NCBI GenBank assembly: GCA_039818205.1
Contig: JBCBUK010000002.1
Location: 256,001 to 320,000, forward strand
From: Verrucomicrobiota bacterium
Lineage (GTDB): Bacteria > Verrucomicrobiota > Verrucomicrobiia > Opitutales > Cerasicoccaceae
Direction: 5' to 3'
Length of the DNA: 64,000 nucleotides
Numbering within the stretch: the stretch's first letter is position 1; each line of letters begins with the position of its first letter. A program made the translations under genes and the position numbers. The notes beneath the pieces were generated by a model that saw only the letters and a program-made list of their open reading frames with translations, was not told the DNA's origin and did not search any database. This document shows positions 56,669-64,000 of the stretch, piece by piece.

Positions 56669-57877
56669 ATGCGCTTATTAATGATCAGTCAGGTTTATGT
56701 GCCGGATCCTGCAGCGGTCGGGCAGTATATGGCGGAAGCAGCGGAGGCCCTAGCCGAACGTGGTTGGGAGGTTAAGGCATTGACCGCTGATCGTGGGTAC
56801 GACGATCCGAGCCAACGCTTTCCGTCTCGCGAAAACTTGAGAGGCGTGGATGTCCAGCGATTGCCATTCTCGTCGTTAGGCAAGCAAAGCTTGAAACAAC
56901 GCTTGGCTGGTCAGCTATCGTTTTGTTTCCAGTCGATTCTGCACGGTGTGTTTGGACCAAAGCCGGACGCGGTTCTCGTAACGACTTCGCCGCCGATGGG
57001 CGGGATCGTTGGCTGGGCAATCAGTCTCCTGCGAGGTGTTCCGCTCAAGTATTGGGTAATGGATATCAACCCCGACCAAGCATTGATATTGGGCAAAGTA
57101 TCTTCGACCTCGCCCATGACGCGGTTGCTGGAATGGGGTAATCGCAAGATCCTCGGGCGAGCCTCTGATGTTATTGTGCTCGATCGCTACATGGAGGAAA
57201 CTATGCGTCGCAAGCTTCCGGCAAGTAAGGCCCGATTTTACGCTATGCCGCCGTGGCCAATGGAAAACCGTTTGGAGCGCGTCGAACATGAAAGCAATCC
57301 GTTTCGGCAAGAGCATCAGTTGGATGGAAAGTTCGTGATAATGTATAGCGGCAATCACTCCATTGCGCACCCGCTTGATACAGTGATCGATACCGCCTAT
57401 CGGATGGGTCGTGATCCAAATATTGCGTTCCTGTTTATTGGTGGAGGCATCGGAAAAGACGAGTTGGACGAGCGCTTGAAACAGGATCATCCGGAACAGA
57501 TCGTTTCATTGCCCTATCAGCCATTTGATCGGATAAAGTTTTCATTGTCTGCCGCTGACGTCCATTTGGTATCAATGGGCCAGGAGATGGCAGGCATTGT
57601 TCATCCGTGCAAATATTACGGGGCAATGGCCTTGGGTAAGCCCATCGTGTTGCTAGGGCCACGCAACTGTCATATCGCTGACGTTTTAGAACGATATGAG
57701 TGTGGTTGGCGGGTTGATCACGGAGACCTCGAAGGGGCCGAACGGCTGTTTCGCGAGCTTGCGACTATGCCGCGTGAAGAACTTGAGCGAAAAGGAGAAG
57801 CAGGGCGCCAGGCTGTTCGAGAAGAATTAAGCCGGGACAAAATCGTTGCGGAGTTTGCGGAGGTTATTAAGTCATGA
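56669..57877 (+). CDS. Glycosyltransferase, GT4 (WcaI/WbuB-like)
   Basis: SQVYVPD, TTSPP, WVMDINPD, MYSGN, VHPCKYYG. Confidence 0.9.
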   Translation: MRLLMISQVYVPDPAAVGQYMAEAAEALAERGWEVKALTADRGYDDPSQRFPSRENLRGVDVQRLPFSSLGKQSLKQRLAGQLSFCFQSILHGVFGPKPDAVLVTTSPPMGGIVGWAISLLRGVPLKYWVMDINPDQALILGKVSSTSPMTRLLEWGNRKILGRASDVIVLDRYMEETMRRKLPASKARFYAMPPWPMENRLERVEHESNPFRQEHQLDGKFVIMYSGNHSIAHPLDTVIDTAYRMGRDPNIAFLFIGGGIGKDELDERLKQDHPEQIVSLPYQPFDRIKFSLSAADVHLVSMGQEMAGIVHPCKYYGAMALGKPIVLLGPRNCHIADVLERYECGWRVDHGDLEGAERLFRELATMPREELERKGEAGRQAVREELSRDKIVAEFAEVIKS

Positions 57878-58866
57878 TTAGTCCAGACGACATAGTATTG
57901 GTTGCAGGTGGCGGCGGGTTTATCGGTGGGCACTGGGTGAAACGCCTTCGAAACGCTGGCTTTACGCAGATTCGGGCGGTCGATTGCAAGCCCATCGACG
58001 AATGGCATCAGCGCTATGACGATGTCGAAAATATCCAGTTGGACCTTCAGCGACTGGACGCATGTGAGGATGCGGTTCGTGGGTGCCGCTCGGTTTACAA
58101 CCTAGCTGCTGACATGGGCGGAATGGGTTTCATTGAGAACAATCGAGCGCTATGCATGTTGAGTGTGCTCATCAATACGCACCTGCTTCTAGCGGCCAAG
58201 AATGCTGGCTCCAAAGAGTATTTCTACGCATCGTCTGCATGTGTTTATGCCGCGGCCAAGCAACGCGATACCAACAATCCGGGACTACGAGAAAGCGACG
58301 CCTATCCTGCAGAGCCCGAGGACGGCTACGGCTGGGAGAAATTGTTTAGCGAGCGGATGTGTCGACACTTCTATGAAGACTTCGGATTGGATGTCCGAGT
58401 GGCTCGTTTCCATAACGTCTATGGGCCTTATGGTTCCTTTGATGGAGGTCGAGAGAAAGCTCCTGCGGCAATATGCCGAAAGGTTGCCGCAGCGAAACTA
58501 AGCGGTGATCTCCAGATCGAGATTTGGGGTGACGGCGAACAAACGCGATCGTTTACCTACATCGATGATTGCGTTGAAGGTATCGACCGACTCATGAAGA
58601 GCGAAGTGGTGGATCCCATAAATTTGGGCAGTGACGAAATGGTGTCCATCAATGAGTTGGTGAGCATTGTTGAGACGATCGCAGGTGTTAAGCTGAAACG
58701 GCACTATAAGCTCGATGCACCTAAAGGAGTTCGTGGACGTTGTAGTGACAATACGATGATCCAGAGACTCCTTGGCTGGGCGCCATCGACCAAGCTATAT
58801 GATGGCCTTATGTTGACCTACGCTTGGATTGAAAACGAAATGCGCGAAGGGCACATTTCTCGATGA
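57874..58866 (+). CDS. GDP-mannose 3,5-epimerase
   Basis: GGGGFIG, LAADMGGMGFI, SSACVY, YGWEK, GGREKAPAAICRK, GVRGR: the GME signature set. Confidence 0.88.
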   Translation: MISPDDIVLVAGGGGFIGGHWVKRLRNAGFTQIRAVDCKPIDEWHQRYDDVENIQLDLQRLDACEDAVRGCRSVYNLAADMGGMGFIENNRALCMLSVLINTHLLLAAKNAGSKEYFYASSACVYAAAKQRDTNNPGLRESDAYPAEPEDGYGWEKLFSERMCRHFYEDFGLDVRVARFHNVYGPYGSFDGGREKAPAAICRKVAAAKLSGDLQIEIWGDGEQTRSFTYIDDCVEGIDRLMKSEVVDPINLGSDEMVSINELVSIVETIAGVKLKRHYKLDAPKGVRGRCSDNTMIQRLLGWAPSTKLYDGLMLTYAWIENEMREGHISR

Positions 58867-61394
58867 TGGGAATGCCGCATCGTTGGCAATTGGGCTTTGT
58901 GTTGCTGACGGCACTAGGTTTGATTGCAGTGGCTGATGGCCGGCAACGATCAATATCGAGCAAGCCTTCGAAACGGCTAGTCATTGTTTGGAGCGAGCGT
59001 TCGATTATCGGGCCGATCTATTTTCCGGCTTCGGAGGAGGAGGACTCGCCGGTTCGATTGGCCGCCGAGGACTTCGGCCGTATTCTCGGAAAGATGTCCG
59101 GACATGCATGGCCAGTGCTGCCGGAGCCATCTGGCCAAGTATCCGACAACGGAATCTTTGTTGGCCGCACGATCCGAGCTAAAATCGACGGTGTCGGTGC
59201 TGCCGATCCCTACCGCCCTGCGACTACGCCGAAGTCGGAAGCAATCGTCGATGCGGAACGCTGGGATCGCACCGAAGTTCGGATTCGCCCGGATCGATTG
59301 GTAATCAACGGTACAACCCCCGAGGCAACTCGCGCGGGTCTTTATCGCTTTTTGAGTGAGGAAACGGATGCGATGTGGGTTCAACCCGGCCCCCATGGAG
59401 AGGCTTTGCCATCGCTACCGCGATTTTCCCTTCGCCAAGGAGACCGTGTATACACGCCCGATTTTCTTGATCGCCGTTTTCTACTTGGTGGCCGATTGAA
59501 TGCCGATCGCAGCGATGACCAATGGGCAATTCGCAACAGCGCTAGTCGACACCTGGAGTTTAACCATAATCTTTTTCGAGTTTTCACACCAGAGGCGATG
59601 GCGGCGGAGGTCGAATGGCGAGGGGAGCGATTTGGAGAAGTGCCAGCTCCCGAGGCATTTAGTGCTGTTGGTCATCATCCCGATTTTCTAAATCCAGAGG
59701 TGGTTGGTGCCACCGTCGACCATATCTCTGCGAGAATGCGAGCATTTCCGAACCAGCTGAGCTTTTCTCTCGGAACGAATGATTCGACTTTTTACGATCA
59801 CTCGCAAAGGACTCAGGATTTTCTGATGCCCTGGGAATACTATCGAGGTAAACCCAACTATTCGAAACTCGTCTTTAGCTTTTCCGATGCAGTTGCTCAG
59901 GGAATTGAGACAGCGAGTGAAGATGCGGCCATAGGAAATCGCTTTGACCCGCCGGCATACTTAACCCAGTTGGCCTATATGTGGGCCGAGCAACCGCCAG
60001 ATTTTTCGCTGAATCCACGGATTATGCCTTATCTATGTTCTGATCGGAGTCAGTGGTATGATCCAGATTTCCGAAAGGAGGATATGGAACTCGTAAAAGC
60101 CTGGAGTTTGGCCGGACCAGAGATACTCGGAACCTGGGAATATTATCAGGGCCAACCGTATCTAATTCCCCGCTACTTCCCAACTATCGAGAAAGAGAGT
60201 TTAGCCTGGTTTTATAAGCACAAGGGGCGCGGAGTATTTTTCTCTGGAAAGCCTGCGTGGGGATACGATGCGCCGAAGTACTGGTTGGCAGGACAGCTCG
60301 GGTGGGATATCAGCCAAGATCATCGAGAGCTTCTCGATCACTATTTCTCGCGTGCCTATGGTCCCACCAGCGAATTTATGGCTAGGTTTTTCGCGCTGTG
60401 CGAATCAGCTTGGATGAATCAACCGGGAAAGGCTGTTTGGCTCAAATACTGGAACAATCCCGATCAGTTTGCACTTTTCCCCCGTGCGCTGCGTGATGAG
60501 ATCTCGCAGCTTTTGGATGACGCTATTTCTCAGGCCACGACTATCTCGGATGAGTCGATGAGGGAGACAATATCGGCTCGCATTGATGTGACCCGGCGTG
60601 CGTGGGCTGTCACGACTGCCGCTGCCGATCTCTACGATGCGTGGTGCGCCATCCCCTACCTAGAATGGGGGGATTTGTTTTCGGCTGAAGTTCCTACCGA
60701 GGCATTGGCAGACTTTGATAAAGCGCGTAAGGCCTGGATGGCTGTTGATAAAACACCGTTTCCCCACGCGAAGACGCTCATTAAAATTATGGGACAGCTA
60801 GACCCAGCTGCTCGATGGGAGGACACGCGATCTCCGGCCAAGTGGCAGGCAGCATTTCGCGAAGACTTCGAGCGTGAAGTGGTCGAAAATGACCTACATG
60901 GAGTCGGCCCCGAAGAAATCCCCCCCAACACCTTTCGCAACGGATGGATCATGTATTCTCTGCACGCGGAAGATTTCTCTTTTCGACGCCTGCCGAATGG
61001 CCCTGAAGGGCCTTCCCGCATCCGAGTCGCCGGCGCCGACAATGTGAATCTCTTTCGCTGGTTTGATTTTGATGCCAATCTGTCTGGTGATTTTCGGGTG
61101 ACCGCGTGGGTTCGTGGCCAGATTAGTCCTGGATCAAAAGTCAATTTGCGGCTCTTGTATATGAATGAAGATCAGAAGCTCATTGAGCCAACACGTCGCG
61201 ACCGACTTTTTCCAGGTGAGTTCCCTTCCTGGATTCAGCTCTCGGCAATGAGCACTTTGCCGGAGGACGCCTCAAGAATTGGTGTCGGATTGCGGATTGT
61301 TGAACAATTTGAAGGAGATTGGTTGGAGGTTTCGACCATTATGTTGCAATTCGACGAGTCCTCCGATTCGGTTGACGCTCGGTCGGAATACTGA
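58863..61394 (+). CDS. Secreted DUF4838-like glycoside-hydrolase-type protein
   Basis: Signal peptide; AAEDF...LVINGT...GLYRFL..W..PG (GH20/67-type N-domain); NHN, SLGTND, LAY, W.YY, LGWD..D..ELLDHYF; C-terminal CBM-like sandwich. Confidence 0.7.
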   Translation: MMGMPHRWQLGFVLLTALGLIAVADGRQRSISSKPSKRLVIVWSERSIIGPIYFPASEEEDSPVRLAAEDFGRILGKMSGHAWPVLPEPSGQVSDNGIFVGRTIRAKIDGVGAADPYRPATTPKSEAIVDAERWDRTEVRIRPDRLVINGTTPEATRAGLYRFLSEETDAMWVQPGPHGEALPSLPRFSLRQGDRVYTPDFLDRRFLLGGRLNADRSDDQWAIRNSASRHLEFNHNLFRVFTPEAMAAEVEWRGERFGEVPAPEAFSAVGHHPDFLNPEVVGATVDHISARMRAFPNQLSFSLGTNDSTFYDHSQRTQDFLMPWEYYRGKPNYSKLVFSFSDAVAQGIETASEDAAIGNRFDPPAYLTQLAYMWAEQPPDFSLNPRIMPYLCSDRSQWYDPDFRKEDMELVKAWSLAGPEILGTWEYYQGQPYLIPRYFPTIEKESLAWFYKHKGRGVFFSGKPAWGYDAPKYWLAGQLGWDISQDHRELLDHYFSRAYGPTSEFMARFFALCESAWMNQPGKAVWLKYWNNPDQFALFPRALRDEISQLLDDAISQATTISDESMRETISARIDVTRRAWAVTTAAADLYDAWCAIPYLEWGDLFSAEVPTEALADFDKARKAWMAVDKTPFPHAKTLIKIMGQLDPAARWEDTRSPAKWQAAFREDFEREVVENDLHGVGPEEIPPNTFRNGWIMYSLHAEDFSFRRLPNGPEGPSRIRVAGADNVNLFRWFDFDANLSGDFRVTAWVRGQISPGSKVNLRLLYMNEDQKLIEPTRRDRLFPGEFPSWIQLSAMSTLPEDASRIGVGLRIVEQFEGDWLEVSTIMLQFDESSDSVDARSEY

Positions 61395-61468
61395 GTTTCC
61401 GCTTGCTAGTACCTCCTCCGCCAAGCTATTCCAGTCCCTCTTACCATTTCCTACGCGAGCAAATATCA

Positions 61469-63433
61469 ATGAACGACCTGAGCAAATACCTGATTGTTTT
61501 CGGGATCTCATTTTTTCTATCTTTCCTGTTAACCCGAGTGATGATCCGGCTTGGGCCTCGTTTTGGTATGATTGATATCCCGGATCAGCGGCGTATTCAC
61601 AAAACGCCAATCCCGCGAGCAGGCGGAGTCGCAGTCTTTATTGCGTTCCACGTTACTGCGTTTATTTTCTATTTATTCGTTTGGCCGAGTTTTTTCCCTT
61701 CGCCGCTAAATTTTGATTGGTGGCTAAGTTTCTTAGTGGCCTCGTCTATTCTCTTTGCCGTCGGGGTCTGGGACGACATCAAAGGCGTTCGGCCGATCGT
61801 CAAGCTATCCGGTCAGGTCTTAGCGGCAGCGACACTGTTTTTCCTCTCTGGAAAGGGCTTTGACAGTATTCTGGGATTTAAAGACATCCCAATGTTCATT
61901 AACTTGCTGTTAACGATAATTTGGTGTGTTGCTCTCATCAACGCCTTTAATCTCATCGATGGCATGGACGGCCTTTGTTCCGGCCTTGCAATCATTTCCT
62001 CGTTGGGAATTGCCGCTGCTTACATTTTGCGCAGCCAGCCAGCGGATTCTTTGATCGTTTTGGCCCTAATTGGTGCGGCATTTGGATTCCTTCGCTACAA
62101 TTTTCACCCAGCTAAGATATTCCTTGGAGATAGTGGCTCCATGTTCTTGGGTTTTACGTTGGCGGCGTTTGCACTCTTTGGCGCTGGTAAGTCAACGGTA
62201 ATGGTGAGCGTTGGTATTCCTTTCATCGCCGCAGGAATCCCCATTATGGATACCGTTCTGGCAATCTGGCGCCGCTCGGCTCGACGTCTGTCGGCTAAGA
62301 TGGAGGGGGATGACGATGGCCCGCATATTATGGGTGCGGACAAAGAACACTTGCATCATCGCCTGCTCGAAGCTGGATTTTCCCAGCGCAAAGTCGCCGT
62401 TATTCTCTACATTGGGAACTTCGCGATGGTGACGGTGGGCCTTTTCTCAGTTTTCATGAGCAAGGCTCTCGTCGGCCTCTTCCTGATTATATTTATCGCT
62501 GGAGTATATGTGGTTGTCCGGCATGTCATTCATGTTGAAATCTGGGACACTGGGCGCTTGATCGCTCAAGGAATTCGTCGCCCTGGACGCGCGCTGTTAG
62601 GCATGATCGTTTACCCGGTTTGGGATTTGATCTGGCTATCGGTTGCGTTGATCACTGCGATGCTTCTGGAGGATCCTAAGTTGGGCTCTCTAATGGACGT
62701 CGGATCTTGGGCGCGCTTGTTACCTGTATGGATTTCTCCGGTGTTCCTAATGCTGGTCCTGGGGAATACCTACTCCCGAGTTTGGTCGCGAAGCAATTTC
62801 CGCGACTATCTGATCCTCTTCTTTTCGTTGATTTCCGGTATTCTCCTGACCTTGGCGTTTTTCTCGGCTGCCGAAGCTGATATTCGGATGGCAAACGTAC
62901 GCGTTAGCATCACCTTCGCTTTCCTTGGTATGATCGGAATTTTTGGCATCCGCGTGATTCTCCAGACATTTCGAGAGTGGATGCTCATTGCTTCGTTCGA
63001 TGATCGCCTAGGCAGCAGATATCTCGTGAAGCATATCCTCCTTTACGGAGCGGGTAATCGCGGCGCACTCTATTTGCGTGAACTTCGCTTGATTCATCCC
63101 GACGAAATGGCCACGCGCAAGATTATCGGTTTCCTCGATGACAACACGAATTTACGCCAGCGCTTTCTTCATGGCGTGCGCGTCATGGGTTGTTTAGACG
63201 AGTTAGAACACATCATCAGTGAAAATGACATCGATGAAATCGTCATTACTGCAGATCTCTTATCCGCACATGAGACTCGTCTAAAGGAGATTGCGGCGCG
63301 ACACGAAGTAGCGGTTAGCGAATGGAAAACCCATTTGAGCGAGGTCGATTTGAGTAATCTTAAGTCGCGAGCAATTGACGATATCGCATCGAGCACGAAG
63401 GAACACACAGAAAAGACTGCCTCCGAGGATTGA
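61469..63433 (+). CDS. WecA/MraY-family phosphoglycosyltransferase fused to a 4-TM plus Rossmann (CoA-binding-like) module
   Basis: DIPDQRRIHKTPIPRAGG, GVWDD, NAFNLIDGMDGL, IFLGDSGS, DKEHLHHRL; then extra TMs and ILLYGAGNRG...IIGFLDDN. Confidence 0.9.
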   Translation: MNDLSKYLIVFGISFFLSFLLTRVMIRLGPRFGMIDIPDQRRIHKTPIPRAGGVAVFIAFHVTAFIFYLFVWPSFFPSPLNFDWWLSFLVASSILFAVGVWDDIKGVRPIVKLSGQVLAAATLFFLSGKGFDSILGFKDIPMFINLLLTIIWCVALINAFNLIDGMDGLCSGLAIISSLGIAAAYILRSQPADSLIVLALIGAAFGFLRYNFHPAKIFLGDSGSMFLGFTLAAFALFGAGKSTVMVSVGIPFIAAGIPIMDTVLAIWRRSARRLSAKMEGDDDGPHIMGADKEHLHHRLLEAGFSQRKVAVILYIGNFAMVTVGLFSVFMSKALVGLFLIIFIAGVYVVVRHVIHVEIWDTGRLIAQGIRRPGRALLGMIVYPVWDLIWLSVALITAMLLEDPKLGSLMDVGSWARLLPVWISPVFLMLVLGNTYSRVWSRSNFRDYLILFFSLISGILLTLAFFSAAEADIRMANVRVSITFAFLGMIGIFGIRVILQTFREWMLIASFDDRLGSRYLVKHILLYGAGNRGALYLRELRLIHPDEMATRKIIGFLDDNTNLRQRFLHGVRVMGCLDELEHIISENDIDEIVITADLLSAHETRLKEIAARHEVAVSEWKTHLSEVDLSNLKSRAIDDIASSTKEHTEKTASED

Positions 63434-63468
63434 GCAGTCCTGAGAAACTTTATACGAAGATTTTTGAT

Positions 63469-64000
63469 ATGACTACTACACCTATTGAACAACGCCCTAT
63501 TGTTGTTATCGGACTCGGCTATGTTGGATTACCATTAGCCTTGTGCTTCGCTCGAAAGTTTAAAGTGACTGGATTTGATGTTCGGGCAGAACGTGTCCAG
63601 CAGCTTGAGTCTGGATTTGATGCCACGGGTGAGGCAAGTGAAGAAGACTTGCGAGCAAGCTCTCTCCAGTATTCTACGGATCCTGAGAGTTTGAAAGAGT
63701 CCGATGTTTTTGTAGTCACGGTTCCAACACCAATTGATGCACACCGGCGGCCAGACCTTGCTGCGGTGCGTGCCGCGAGCAGAACCGTTGGCAAAGCCCT
63801 GCGGCCAGGGGCTGTTGTTGTGTACGAATCAACGGTTTATCCTGGCCTCACTGAAGAGGTCTGTGTGCCCATCCTTGAGGAGTGCAGTGGCTTAAAATGG
63901 AAGAAAGACTTCTTCGTCGGTTACTCACCTGAACGCATCAATCCAGGAGATCGTGAGCACACGGTAGACAAGATTATCAAGGTGGTATCCGGTGACACTC
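63469..64000 (+). CDS. Nucleotide-sugar 6-dehydrogenase (TviB/WbpO-like), truncated by the window end
   Basis: Not in ORF track. Hand translation: MTTTPIEQRPIVVIGLGYVGLPLA..., TVPTPID, YESTVYPGLTEE, GYSPERINPGD. Confidence 0.93.
   Translation, partial: MTTTPIEQRPIVVIGLGYVGLPLALCFARKFKVTGFDVRAERVQQLESGFDATGEASEEDLRASSLQYSTDPESLKESDVFVVTVPTPIDAHRRPDLAAVRAASRTVGKALRPGAVVVYESTVYPGLTEEVCVPILEECSGLKWKKDFFVGYSPERINPGDREHTVDKIIKVVSGDT

Noticed and set aside
1..64000. tRNA, rRNA, CRISPR array, IS, integrase, prophage or defence genes
   Set aside because: Intergenic gaps are short and show no cloverleaf or repeat-spacer pattern; no ORF has transposase, recombinase, nuclease or phage motifs. Read by eye only.

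Overview
Bacterial chromosomal window, densely coding. Gene content suggests a Verrucomicrobiota (Opitutales-like) organism; this is an inference. Layout: (i) 1-5 kb: truncated membrane-anchored gene missed by the ORF track, hom, an uncharacterised membrane-protein pair, an MFS transporter. (ii) 5-12 kb: ABC-type glycan export module (methyltransferase, wzt, wzm, two tandem gmd paralogues), then an orphan pair that includes an apparently very highly expressed secreted protein. (iii) 12-20 kb: a serine-palmitoyltransferase-like alpha-oxoamine synthase surrounded by a GINT1-N-like beta-propeller, an SDR and three GT4 glycosyltransferases. This candidate glycosphingolipid locus is the best lead for an undescribed system. 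(iv) 20-39 kb: SRPBCC, FmdB-like, speA, membrane pyrophosphatase, yajC-secDF and a TetR-controlled RND efflux operon. (v) 39-64 kb: a co-directional surface-glycan region of more than 24 kb, with a GbsR-type regulator, gmhA, heptose kinase, epimerase, kdsA, kdsD, WaaL-like, Wzy, seven GTs, three acyltransferases, a sulfotransferase-like protein, GDP-mannose 3,5-epimerase, a DUF4838-like protein, a WecA fusion and a truncated nucleotide-sugar dehydrogenase. No tRNA, rRNA, CRISPR array, transposase or integrase was recognised. All family calls come from reading motifs by eye, not from database searches.
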